This document shows, piece by piece, positions 50,199 through 59,266 of a DNA stretch of 64,000 bases. The position numbers and the translations under genes are program-made. Each line of letters starts with the position of its first letter. Positions within the stretch are counted from its first letter, which is position 1. The notes under the pieces are model-generated. The model saw only the letters and a list, made by a program, of their open reading frames with translations. It did not search any database and was not told where the DNA came from. The stretch is from an uncultured Desulfarculus sp. (lineage in GTDB: Bacteria; Desulfobacterota; Desulfarculia; Desulfarculales; Desulfarculaceae): NCBI GenBank assembly GCA_963665125.2, contig CAXXUK010000001.1, positions 800,001-864,000 of the forward strand. The letters run 5' to 3'.

Positions 50199-53100
50199 AT
50201 GGCCAGCGGAGGACAGAACAAGGTTGGGGCTGTGATGGTCGTCGGCGCGGGAATTGCCGGCGTGCAGGCATCTCTTGATTTGGCCAACAGCGGCTTCTAC
50301 GTATACCTCGTCGAGCAGTCGCCGGCAATCGGCGGCAGAATGGCTCAGCTCGACAAGACTTTTCCCACCAATGATTGCGCCATGTGCATTGTTTCGCCCA
50401 AGCTGGTGGAATGCGGACGTCATCTCAATATCGAGGTGATCACCAACGCCGAGGTGCGATCCATCGACGGTACGCCCGGCGCCTTCAGGGTAAGCGTGCA
50501 ACAGGATCCGCGCTACGTATCCGACGACGCCTGTACCGCCTGCGGCGACTGCATCAAGGCCTGCCCGGTGGAAGTGCCCAATGAATTCGACCAGGGTCTC
50601 GGCGTCCGCAATGCAATCTATAAAAAATACGCCCAGGCCTACCCCAACGCCTATTGCATAACCAAACTCGACAAGGCTCCCTGCCGCACGGCCTGCCCGG
50701 CCGGATTGAACGTGCAGGGATATGTGCAGATGGCCAAGCTGGGCCGCCTGGACGATTGCCTGTCAATCATCATGCAGGATCTGCCGCTGCCGGGCGCAAT
50801 CGGCCGGGTCTGCCCCCATCCCTGCGAGGAGGCCTGCCGCCGCCTTGAGGTGGACGAGGCCATCGCCATCCGCGATATCAAACGCCTGGCCGCCGACGAA
50901 GCCGGGGTGAAGAACGTGCCCCAGCCCGATGTGGCCCTGCGCAAGGAAAAGGTGGCCATCGTCGGCGCCGGTCCGGCCGGTTTGGCCTGCGCCTATCACC
51001 TGGCCAGGGCCGGTGTGGGCTCGACGATCTTCGAGGCCGGCAAGGTGCCAGGCGGCGCATTGGCCCAGAGCATTCCGGCCTTCCGCCTGCCCAACGAGAT
51101 ACTGTTCGATGAAATCAGCGTCATCCAGAACATGGGCGTTGAGATCAAGCTAAACGCTCCGGTGGGCAATCTTGACGAGTTGAAAGATTATGACGCCATA
51201 TTCCTGGGCCTGGGCGCGCCCAAGAGCACCAGTCTGGGCCTGGAAGGCGAAGACTCCCAGGGCGTGGTGCCGGCCCTGGAATACCTCCGGCGCGTAAAGC
51301 TGGGCGAGGACCCGCCCGCCGGAAAGAAAGTCGTGGTAATCGGCGGCGGCGACACGGCCATGGACTGCTGCCGCACGGCCCTGCGCAACGGGGCCGACGA
51401 AGTGGTCTGCCTGTATCGCCGCTCCCGGGTGGAGATGCCCGCCAGCCACGAGGAGGTGAGCGAGGCTGAGGAAGAGAACGTCCGGTTCGAATTACTGGCC
51501 GCGCCAACCAAGGTCATCACCAAGGGCGGCAAGGTCACGGCCATCGAATACGTGCGCATGGAACTGGGTGAGCCCGACCAGAGCGGCCGCCGCAGGCCCG
51601 TGCCCGTCGCGGGTTCCGAGCAGGTCATGGAGGCCGATCTGGTGGTCCCGGCAATCGGCCAGGCCACGGAAGTGGGTTTCCTGTCCGGCAGCGGGGTGGC
51701 GGTCAGTAAACGGGGCTACATAGAGGTTGACGACGTGACCTTGGCCACCAGCCGCCAGGGCGTGTTCGCGGGCGGCGACGTGGTCAGCGGGCCTTGGATA
51801 GCCATCGGAGCCATCGCCCATGGCCGGGAGGCGGCCATAAGCATGCTGCGCATGTTCGACGGCCAGGATATGGCCCAGGACCGCACGCCGGTGGGCATGA
51901 AGCCCGAGCCCAAGCTTGGCTGGTCGGATATACCCGAAGACGAGCCCATCAAACCCAGGCAGCGCATGAAATACCGCGACGCCGGGGAACGGGTGGGCGA
52001 CTGGGACCAGTTCGCCATGGGCCTTAGTCCCGAGCAGGGCCGGACCGAGGGCGAGCGCTGTCTAAACTGCGCGGTGTGCTGCGATTGCCTGCAATGCGTG
52101 GCTGCTTGCGAGGCCAAGGCCCCGGCCCATGACCAGCAGCCCCAAGAGCTGGAAATTAGTGTGGGCAGCGTGATCCTTGCGCCGGGCTTTGACGCCTATG
52201 ACCCAAAGGGCTTTGACGTCTACAACTACGCCAATCATCCCAACGTGGTCACGTCCATGGAATTCGAGCGCATCTTGAGCGCCTCGGGGCCCTATCAGGG
52301 CCATTTACAGCGGCCCGGCGACAGCCGGGAGCCCCGCAAGATCGCCTGGCTGCAATGCGTGGGCAGCCGGGACATCAACCACTGCGACAATGGTTATTGC
52401 TCGGCCGTGTGCTGCATGTACGCCATCAAGGAGGCGGTCATCGCCAAGGAGCACAGCCACGAGGACCTGGACACGGCCATTTTCTTCATGGACATGCGCA
52501 CGCCGGGCAAGGACTTTGACAAGTATTTCGAACGGGCCAGGGACGAACACGGCGTGAGGTTCATCCGCAGCCGGGTGCATACCGTCGATCCAGCCCCGGA
52601 CGGCCGCCTGGGCATAGAGTATGTCGACGACAACGGCGAGCCGGTGAACGAATACTTTGACATGGTGGTGCTCAGCGTGGGTCTGCAGACCAGCCCATCG
52701 GCGATCGAGTTGGCCCAACGCCTGGGCGTGGACCTTACCCCTTACAGATTCAGCGACACCAGCAGCTTTTTACCCGTGGGCACCAGCCAGCCCGGAATCT
52801 ACGCCTGCGGTTGCTTCTCCGGGCCCAAGGACATCCCCCAGGCCGTTATGGAGGCCTCGGCCGCGGCCCGTTCGTCGGTCAAGGGCATGGCCGCGGTACG
52901 TGGCACCATGACCAGGGAGCTTGAGTACCCCGTGGAGCACGATGTCAGCGGAGCGGCACCCAGGGTCGGTGTTTTCGTGTGCAACTGCGGTATCAATATC
53001 GGCGGCGTGGTGGATGTGCCGGCGGTGCGTGAATACGCGGCCAAGCTGCCCCACGTGGTCTATGTGGAGGAAAACCTCTTCACCTGTTCCCAGGACACCC

Positions 53101-54617
53101 AAAACAATATGAAGCAGGTCATCGAGGAGCACGGCATTAACCGGGTGGTGGTGGCTTCGTGTTCGCCGCGCACCCACGAGCCGCTGTTCCAGGAGACGAT
53201 CCGCGAGGCGGGCCTGAACAAATATCTCTTTGAAATGGCAAATATCCGCGACCAGGATTCCTGGGTCCACCAGTCCGAGCCGGACAAGGCCACGGACAAG
53301 GCCAAGGACCTGGTGCGCATGGCCGTGGCCAAGGCCGCGCTCATCGAACCGCTGCACCAGGTCGATCTGCCCCTGAACAAGACGGCCCTGGTGGTGGGCG
53401 GCGGCGTGGCCGGGATGACCGCGGCCCTGAGCCTGGCCGAGGCCGGCTATCCGGTGCATCTGGTGGAAAAAACTTCGTCCTTGGGCGGCAACGCCAATCT
53501 GCTGCTGAGCACCTGGAAGGGCGAGATGATCAAGCCCTATCTGGAAGACCTCGTGGCCAAGCTCAGCAACAGCCCGGACATCACCCTGCACCTGGAAAGC
53601 GAAGTCGTCGCTGCCAAGGGCTTTGTGGGCAACTTCACGGCCACCATCAGGGACTCCAAACAACAACTGACGCCCATTGACTTCGGAGTGGCAATCCTGG
53701 CCACCGGCGGCCGGGAATCCCGGCCAACGGAATACCTTTATGGTGATAGTCCCAACGTGATTACGTCGCTGGAGCTTGACGCCTCCCTCAAGGGCGACCC
53801 GGAGCTGCCCAAAAAGCTCGGGGCCGTGGCCTTTATACAGTGCGTGGGTTCACGGGAGCCCCAGCGGCCCTATTGCAGCCGCCTGTGCTGCACCCATAGC
53901 GTGGAAAGCGCCATCCGCATCAAGGAGGCCAACCCCGAGGCCTTGGTCTATGTGTTTTACCGCGAGATCCGCACCTATGGCGTGCGCGAGGATCTCTACC
54001 GCAAGGCCAGGGAACTTGGCGTATTGTTCATCCGCTACAGCCTGGACAACAAGCCAATGGCGCGCCAGGAGGGCGACAAGATCATCGTCAGCGCCGAGGA
54101 TCATATTCTGAGGCGGCCGGTGGAGGTGGAGGTCGACAGGCTGGTCCTGGCTTCGGCGATCGTGCCCAACGACGTGGGCCAATTGGCCGAGGCCTTCAAG
54201 GCGCCGTTGCAGGGCGAGGGTTTCTTCCTGGAGGCCCACATGAAGCTGCGGCCCGTGGACCTGGCCAGCGAGGGGCTATATATCGCCGGATTGGCCCATT
54301 ATCCCAAGCCCATTGACGAGGCCATCGCCCAAGCCGAGGCGGCTGTGGGCAGGGCCATGACCGTTTTGGCCCGAAACGTGATCAGAGTCGGCGGCGTGGT
54401 GGCCACGGTGGACGAATCCAAGTGTTCGGTGTGCCTGACCTGCGTGCGCACCTGTCCGTACAACGTGCCAAAGATAAAGGACGGCAAGGCCTATATCGAG
54501 GTGGCCTCGTGTTACGGCTGCGGGGCATGCGCCGCCGAGTGCCCCGGCAAGGCCATAACCCTGCAACATTTCACCGACGCCCAGATCCTGGCCAAGGAAA
54601 AGGCGGCCATGGGCTAG
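50199..54617 (+). CDS. hdrA: HdrL-type large heterodisulfide-reductase-A-like protein with inserted GltD/NfnB-like NAD(P)-binding module
   Basis: GAGIAG..IGGRMAQLDKTFPTNDCAMC; insert APCRTACPAG...GAGPAG...GGGDTAMD...YRRS...AGGD; QCVGSRD..CSAVCC; second HdrA half GVFVCNCG, GGGVAG, QCVGSR; terminal 2x[4Fe-4S]. Confidence 0.9.
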   Translation: MASGGQNKVGAVMVVGAGIAGVQASLDLANSGFYVYLVEQSPAIGGRMAQLDKTFPTNDCAMCIVSPKLVECGRHLNIEVITNAEVRSIDGTPGAFRVSVQQDPRYVSDDACTACGDCIKACPVEVPNEFDQGLGVRNAIYKKYAQAYPNAYCITKLDKAPCRTACPAGLNVQGYVQMAKLGRLDDCLSIIMQDLPLPGAIGRVCPHPCEEACRRLEVDEAIAIRDIKRLAADEAGVKNVPQPDVALRKEKVAIVGAGPAGLACAYHLARAGVGSTIFEAGKVPGGALAQSIPAFRLPNEILFDEISVIQNMGVEIKLNAPVGNLDELKDYDAIFLGLGAPKSTSLGLEGEDSQGVVPALEYLRRVKLGEDPPAGKKVVVIGGGDTAMDCCRTALRNGADEVVCLYRRSRVEMPASHEEVSEAEEENVRFELLAAPTKVITKGGKVTAIEYVRMELGEPDQSGRRRPVPVAGSEQVMEADLVVPAIGQATEVGFLSGSGVAVSKRGYIEVDDVTLATSRQGVFAGGDVVSGPWIAIGAIAHGREAAISMLRMFDGQDMAQDRTPVGMKPEPKLGWSDIPEDEPIKPRQRMKYRDAGERVGDWDQFAMGLSPEQGRTEGERCLNCAVCCDCLQCVAACEAKAPAHDQQPQELEISVGSVILAPGFDAYDPKGFDVYNYANHPNVVTSMEFERILSASGPYQGHLQRPGDSREPRKIAWLQCVGSRDINHCDNGYCSAVCCMYAIKEAVIAKEHSHEDLDTAIFFMDMRTPGKDFDKYFERARDEHGVRFIRSRVHTVDPAPDGRLGIEYVDDNGEPVNEYFDMVVLSVGLQTSPSAIELAQRLGVDLTPYRFSDTSSFLPVGTSQPGIYACGCFSGPKDIPQAVMEASAAARSSVKGMAAVRGTMTRELEYPVEHDVSGAAPRVGVFVCNCGINIGGVVDVPAVREYAAKLPHVVYVEENLFTCSQDTQNNMKQVIEEHGINRVVVASCSPRTHEPLFQETIREAGLNKYLFEMANIRDQDSWVHQSEPDKATDKAKDLVRMAVAKAALIEPLHQVDLPLNKTALVVGGGVAGMTAALSLAEAGYPVHLVEKTSSLGGNANLLLSTWKGEMIKPYLEDLVAKLSNSPDITLHLESEVVAAKGFVGNFTATIRDSKQQLTPIDFGVAILATGGRESRPTEYLYGDSPNVITSLELDASLKGDPELPKKLGAVAFIQCVGSREPQRPYCSRLCCTHSVESAIRIKEANPEALVYVFYREIRTYGVREDLYRKARELGVLFIRYSLDNKPMARQEGDKIIVSAEDHILRRPVEVEVDRLVLASAIVPNDVGQLAEAFKAPLQGEGFFLEAHMKLRPVDLASEGLYIAGLAHYPKPIDEAIAQAEAAVGRAMTVLARNVIRVGGVVATVDESKCSVCLTCVRTCPYNVPKIKDGKAYIEVASCYGCGACAAECPGKAITLQHFTDAQILAKEKAAMG

Positions 54618-54634
54618 GGGGAAAGGGAGCGGAT

Positions 54635-55060
54635 ATGAGCGAAGGGTTCGAGCCCAAGATCGTGGCTTTCTGCTGCCAGTACTGAGCGTATTCCGCTGCG
54701 GACCTGGCAGGTTCGATGAGATTGCAGTATCCCCCCAACGTGCGGGTGATCCAACTGCCCTGTTCGGGGAGGGTGGACATCCTGCATCTGCTGCGGGCCT
54801 TTGAGGACGGGGCCGATGGTGTGTATGTGGCCGGTTGCCTGGAGGGCGATTGCCATTTCCTAACCGGCAACCTCAAGGCCCGGCGCAAGGTTGAATACGT
54901 CAAGGGCGTGTTGAGCCAGCTCGGCCTGGAGCCCGAGCGCATCGAGATGTTCAACATGTCCTCGGCCGAAGGCCCCCGCTTCGCCGAAGTGGCCAGGGAG
55001 TTTACCGAACAGATCAGGCAAGTTGGACCCAGCCCGGTGCCGGCCGGGCAGGCGGCGTGA
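54635..55060 (+). CDS. mvhD: MvhD/FlxD-type [2Fe-2S] subunit, selenocysteine at UGA 54683-54685
   Basis: EPKIVAFCCQY-UGA-AYSAADLAG continues in frame to PCSGRVD, GADGV..GCLEGDCH..GN. Confidence 0.92.
54686..54710 (+). promoter_or_regulatory. Putative bacterial SECIS of mvhD
   Basis: CTGC-GGACCTG-GCAG stem-loop 10 nt after the in-frame UGA. Confidence 0.55.
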
Positions 55061-55085
55061 CCATGCGTACCGGAGGTGACTGGCG

Positions 55086-55754
55086 ATGATTATAGGCGAT
55101 TCCAAGCCCCTGGAAGAAATCCTGGAGATGATCGCGGGCCGGGAAAAGGTGCTGGTCCTGGGCTGCCGCGGCTGCGTGACGGTTTGCAATGTGGGTGGCG
55201 AAAAAGAGGTGGGCATCCTGGCCGCGGCCCTGCGAATCGCCCGCAAAAAAGACGGCCTGCCGCCATCGGTGGACGAGATGACTCTGGAGCGCCAGTGCGA
55301 CCCTGAGTACATCGAAGAACTGGCCGATGTGGCGGCCGGGTACGACGCCATTGTGTCCATAGCCTGCGGAGTGGGGCCCCAGTTCCTCAGCGAGCGCTTT
55401 CCCGAGCTTGCCGTTTTCCCGGGCATCAACACCACGTTTATCGGTGGCGCCCTGGAGCACGGCGTGTGGAGCGAACGCTGCCAGAGCTGCGGCAATTGCT
55501 TGGTGCACCACTTTGGCGGGTTGTGCCCCATAGCCCGGTGCAGCAAGAGTCTGATGAACGGCCCCTGCGGCGGATCGGCCAGCGGCAAATGCGAGATCGG
55601 CCCGGAGGTAGACTGCGTTTGGCACCTGATAGTGGAAAAAATGGAGCGCATGGGCCGGTTGGAAGAGCTTGAGCGGGTTTGGCCCATCAAGAACTGGATA
55701 ACCTCGCGGGACGGCGGACCACGGACGCGGATCAGGGAGGACCTCAAGCAATGA
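55086..55754 (+). CDS. metV: Methylene-THF reductase small Fe-S subunit
   Basis: GCRGCVTVC, RQCDPEY, ACGVG, CQSCGNC..GGLCPIARCSKSLMNGPCGG..CE..CVW; overlaps metF start. Confidence 0.9.
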   Translation: MIIGDSKPLEEILEMIAGREKVLVLGCRGCVTVCNVGGEKEVGILAAALRIARKKDGLPPSVDEMTLERQCDPEYIEELADVAAGYDAIVSIACGVGPQFLSERFPELAVFPGINTTFIGGALEHGVWSERCQSCGNCLVHHFGGLCPIARCSKSLMNGPCGGSASGKCEIGPEVDCVWHLIVEKMERMGRLEELERVWPIKNWITSRDGGPRTRIREDLKQ

Positions 55755-56674
55755 AAGCGGGCAGCAACCTGGAAAAGGTGTTGACGGCCGGCCACTTCGC
55801 CGTGACGGGCGAGTTGGGTCCGCCCAGGGGCAATGACGCCCACGAGGTCTTGGAAAAGGCCAAGCATCTGAAGGGCGTGGTGGATTCGGTGAACATCACC
55901 GACAACCAGACATCGGTTGTCCGCATGGCTTCCTGGGCCGCCGGCAAGCTGATTCTCGACGACGGCATCGAGCCCAATTTGCAGATGGTCTGTCGGGACG
56001 CCAACCGCCTGGGGCTCATGGCCAACATCCTCGGCGCCACGGCCCTGGGTATTAAAAACGTGCTTTGCCTGTCGGGCGACCACCAGCGGTTCGGCGACCA
56101 TCCTGAGGCCAAGAACGTCTATGACCTGGACTCGATGCAGCTATTGGCCACCTTCAAGAAAATGCGGGACGAAAAGAAGTTTCTCAACGACAAGGACCTG
56201 GAGGGAGCGCCACAGATCTTCATCGGTGCGGCGGTGAACCCGTTCGCCGATCCCTTCAGTTTCCGGGTAAGCCGCCTGGCCAAGAAGATCGCCGCCGGGG
56301 CTGATTTCGTGCAGACGCAGTGCATATACAACATGGAAAAGTTTCGTGAATACATGAAAAGGGCCGTGGATCGGGGCCTGCACGAGAAATGCTATATCCT
56401 GGGCGGCGTCACGCCGATGAAGTCCGTGGGTATGGCCAAGTACATGGCCAAGTTCGTGCCGGGAATGGACGTGCCGGAAGATATCCTAACCCGGCTGCGG
56501 GGAGTGGACAAGAAAGACCAGGCCGCCGAGGGCATCAGGATATGCATCGAAACCATTGAGCAACTCAAGGAAATAGAGGGCGTGTCGGGCGTGCATGTCA
56601 TGGCCATCGAGTGGGAGCACCGCGCGCCGGAGATCGTCAAGGGCGCCGGCCTGCTGCCAAGGCCCCAGATCTGA
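55751..56674 (+). CDS. metF: Methylene-THF reductase
   Basis: ELGPPRG, NITDN, QMVCRD.NR, LCLSGDH, KKIAAGADFVQTQ, GVHVM. Confidence 0.93.
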   Translation: MKAGSNLEKVLTAGHFAVTGELGPPRGNDAHEVLEKAKHLKGVVDSVNITDNQTSVVRMASWAAGKLILDDGIEPNLQMVCRDANRLGLMANILGATALGIKNVLCLSGDHQRFGDHPEAKNVYDLDSMQLLATFKKMRDEKKFLNDKDLEGAPQIFIGAAVNPFADPFSFRVSRLAKKIAAGADFVQTQCIYNMEKFREYMKRAVDRGLHEKCYILGGVTPMKSVGMAKYMAKFVPGMDVPEDILTRLRGVDKKDQAAEGIRICIETIEQLKEIEGVSGVHVMAIEWEHRAPEIVKGAGLLPRPQI

Positions 56675-56691
56675 CCCTGATATAAAAAAAG

Positions 56692-56730
56692 AAAACCCCG
56701 GCCTTGCCGAAAGCGCAGGGCCGGGGTTTT
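56692..56730. terminator. Bidirectional intrinsic terminator
   Basis: AAAACCCCGGCCTTGC-loop-GCAGGGCCGGGGTTTT between convergent genes. Confidence 0.8.
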
Positions 56731-56748
56731 GTATTTCAGGGTGCTGGG

Positions 56749-57249
56749 CTACTTGGCGCCGGCGTTGAGCTTGTCCACGTCGACCTCTTCGTCCCACACA
56801 CCGGCACCGACGATGTACTTGGTGCCGTTGACTTCAACCGGAACCGAGAAGGAAACCTTGCGGGCGATTTCCTTGGAGCCCGGATACGGCCAGTAGTAGG
56901 CCATCCACAGACCCTTGGGCGTGGCCGTCTCGCAGGCCTGCTTGAGGATCGGAGCCTTGGTCTTCATGTCCACGATCTTGGTGGCGTCGGCGCCCACGAA
57001 GCGCTTGTCCGGGTGACCGGCCAGGGTCAGCTTGCTGCAGTTGAGCACGAAGACGTAGGAGTCTTTCCATACAAACTCGCCCTTGGGGTCGTTGAAGGCC
57101 GGAAGACCATCTTCGCCCAGCTGGGTAAGCATCTCCGAGGCCTTGTTGACTTGCTCGTACACCTCAGTGGGCGTTGCCTTGTCCTGGGCGAATGCGCAGG
57201 TCGTCAGCGCGACCAAGATTGCCATGGCTATTGTGATTGCTTTTTTCAT
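56749..57249 (-). CDS. Exported stand-alone single-Cache-domain protein
   Basis: Signal peptide; FNDPKGEFVWKDSYVFV, HP, WMAYYWP.PG..K.S, VGAG. Confidence 0.8.
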   Translation of the reverse strand: MKKAITIAMAILVALTTCAFAQDKATPTEVYEQVNKASEMLTQLGEDGLPAFNDPKGEFVWKDSYVFVLNCSKLTLAGHPDKRFVGADATKIVDMKTKAPILKQACETATPKGLWMAYYWPYPGSKEIARKVSFSVPVEVNGTKYIVGAGVWDEEVDVDKLNAGAK

Positions 57250-57342
57250 GTGTTTCTCCCTTGATAAATCAGATCAGCCAACGTTCCGCGTAACACTGTT
57301 ATGGAGATAATAGCTTCACGGCGGCGCCAAAGGCAACCGTCT

Positions 57343-57897
57343 TTATGAGCCCCAGATGACCCAAGTGAACTTTGTTTTGCGGGAAGATTTGAAATGGTAA
57401 CGGTGGAAATATCCGTATTGGATCAATTCGCCGTGCCGCCAGTCCGGCGGCATGCGCATGATGACCATGCATCTGAAGCCTTGGGCCCAGCGGATAAGTT
57501 TGTCCGCGTCCGGCTGCATCCTTGTCAGGTCATTGGTCCAGACGTTTGGCGGGTCGCCTGGGGCCGACCAGTCGGGGTCCAAAATAACGATGCGGAATTT
57601 GCCGGGGGTAGGTTTGAGAGCCGGATCGGAAAGGTCGCAGCAGATATAGTCGACATTGACATCCAGGCCCAGTTGGCGCAGATTGGCCTGGGCCTGGATG
57701 ATGCGGTCATGATTTTTATCGACAGCCACCACTTTGCGGTTGCGGGCCAGAACCCGCGTAAGGCCGCCCACGCCGCAACACAGTTCCAGAACAGGGCCGG
57801 TCGGCAGGCGGCTGGCCAGACGCCTGGCCGCCTCCTCCGGTGTGGCCATGTATAAGGCGTCTTCGTCGCCCTGGAAAGTATCCTGGCTATTTAGCAC
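57343..57897 (-). CDS. Class I SAM-dependent methyltransferase (Tgs1-like motif order)
   Basis: ATPEEAA, VLELCCGVGG, VAVD, ICCD, ILDPDW. Confidence 0.78.
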   Translation of the reverse strand: MLNSQDTFQGDEDALYMATPEEAARRLASRLPTGPVLELCCGVGGLTRVLARNRKVVAVDKNHDRIIQAQANLRQLGLDVNVDYICCDLSDPALKPTPGKFRIVILDPDWSAPGDPPNVWTNDLTRMQPDADKLIRWAQGFRCMVIMRMPPDWRHGELIQYGYFHRYHFKSSRKTKFTWVIWGS

Positions 57898-58225
57898 TAT
57901 AGCGGTTGGGGTCGGCGAATACGTCGATGACCCAGCAATCGGTCAGCATCAGGGCCGAATGCTCCTCACCGTCACCGATCTCGTAGCGGTCGCCTCTTTT
58001 AAATATGTGGGTCACGCCGCCTATGGTCAGTTCCAGTTCGCCTTCCACCACGATGCCCCACTGGGCGCAGTGGCTGTGTGGCGGCACGGTGACGCCCTTG
58101 GGCAGGTAGAAAAACACCGCCTGGCCGTCCGGGCCGGTCATAAGACGGGCGTCGACGCCTTCGAAGGGCACGGCCACCTGGGGCAGGTTTCTGAGAAACT
58201 CGGCGAATACTGGTTTGTCGCTCAC
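57887..58225 (-). CDS. Cupin-domain protein
   Basis: VPPHSHCAQWGIVVEGE, GD.Y.I..GEEHSA; GTGA overlap with the upstream gene. Confidence 0.85.
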   Translation of the reverse strand: MSDKPVFAEFLRNLPQVAVPFEGVDARLMTGPDGQAVFFYLPKGVTVPPHSHCAQWGIVVEGELELTIGGVTHIFKRGDRYEIGDGEEHSALMLTDCWVIDVFADPNRYSAK

Positions 58226-58434
58226 GACTGTGCTCCCGCTTGCCGGGCCTGCCGGCGGTGTTCCTTGGCCTGAAAATTGATGACGCATTGGGGCCGGAAT
58301 TTGCAGTAGATTTCCGGTTCCGAGCAGTGCGGATCGGTTTCCAGACATTCCTCGCAATAGCCGTGGCCGAGTTTTTGACAATTGACAACAGCGTCACGAT
58401 CCGGGTGGTTACGGCACTTTTCCTGCATTTTCAT
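58222..58434 (-). CDS. Small Cys/His-rich B-box-like zinc-finger protein
   Basis: CRNHP..CQK..YCEEC..C..YCKFRPQC; AAAGGA SD. Confidence 0.72.
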   Translation of the reverse strand: MKMQEKCRNHPDRDAVVNCQKLGHGYCEECLETDPHCSEPEIYCKFRPQCVINFQAKEHRRQARQAGAQS

Positions 58435-58597
58435 GATTTAATCCTTTGAGCCGGGTCTAGTAATTGTGTCATGAGAAAGATGATTCGGCAATACCTGCTT
58501 GACGAACCTTGGTTGCGGCGTTGATTATTGCAGGCCATGAAAGTTGTTTCGCGAATGGCCGGCGCATTTGAATCCTTTGGAATGGAAAATTCGGTAT

Positions 58598-59032
58598 ATG
58601 AGTAGAAGATATCCGGACAGGCCCGTTGTGGGGGTAGGGGGCATCGTGTTATCCGAGGCAGGCGTGTTGTTGATAAAACGCGGGTCAGAGCCCGGACGCG
58701 GGCTTTGGTCCATACCCGGCGGCGCGGTTGAACTGGGTGAAATCCTTCACGACGCATGTGCCCGGGAGGTTTTAGAGGAGACCGGCTTGAAAGTCGAGGT
58801 TGGACCCCTGGTGGAAGTCTTTGAACGCCGCATGTTTGATGACTCCGGGGCGGTGGAATACCACTATGTGCTGCTGGATTATCTTTGCCATTGCGAGGCC
58901 GATCCTCCCCGCAACGGTGACGACGCCGCCGATGCCAAGTGGGTTTCTTACGGCGATCTCGACGGCGTGGGTCTTACCCCCGACACCCTGCGCGTGATCC
59001 ACAAGGCCATCGACATGGCCTCATGTTACTGA
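58598..59032 (+). CDS. NUDIX hydrolase
   Basis: WSIPGGAVELGE...AREVLEETGL Nudix box; GDDAADAKW. Confidence 0.92.
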   Translation: MSRRYPDRPVVGVGGIVLSEAGVLLIKRGSEPGRGLWSIPGGAVELGEILHDACAREVLEETGLKVEVGPLVEVFERRMFDDSGAVEYHYVLLDYLCHCEADPPRNGDDAADAKWVSYGDLDGVGLTPDTLRVIHKAIDMASCY

Positions 59033-59059
59033 AAATCAACATCGACCGGCCTTGTTTGG

Positions 59060-59089
59060 TTGACAGACCCCCGCAACTGCTGCTAAGCT
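59060..59089 (+). promoter_or_regulatory. Sigma70-type promoter of the qrc operon
   Basis: TTGACA-18 bp-TAAGCT with TGn extension. Confidence 0.55.
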
Positions 59090-59266
59090 GCGCCAGCTTT
59101 CACGAAGTCAGGGAAAAGGTCTCCGCGGCGCTTGGAGACGGTCTTCGTGGGAAGCGTGAGGCACATCATAGGGTGACTGCCGCGGGCGGAAATTACGCCC
59201 AGACGGCGGCATTTGTTGCTTCCGTTGGAAGCATCACCTGAATCAGCAAACAGAGGCGTTGTTTCT

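Noticed and set aside
42633..59106. Rex boxes upstream of the rnfB fusion (near 42633), fhs (47830), hdrL (near 49917) and qrcA (near 59090)
   Set aside because: Each has four or more mismatches to TTGTGAA-N4-TTCACAA or only a half-site; not distinguishable from AT-rich background by eye.
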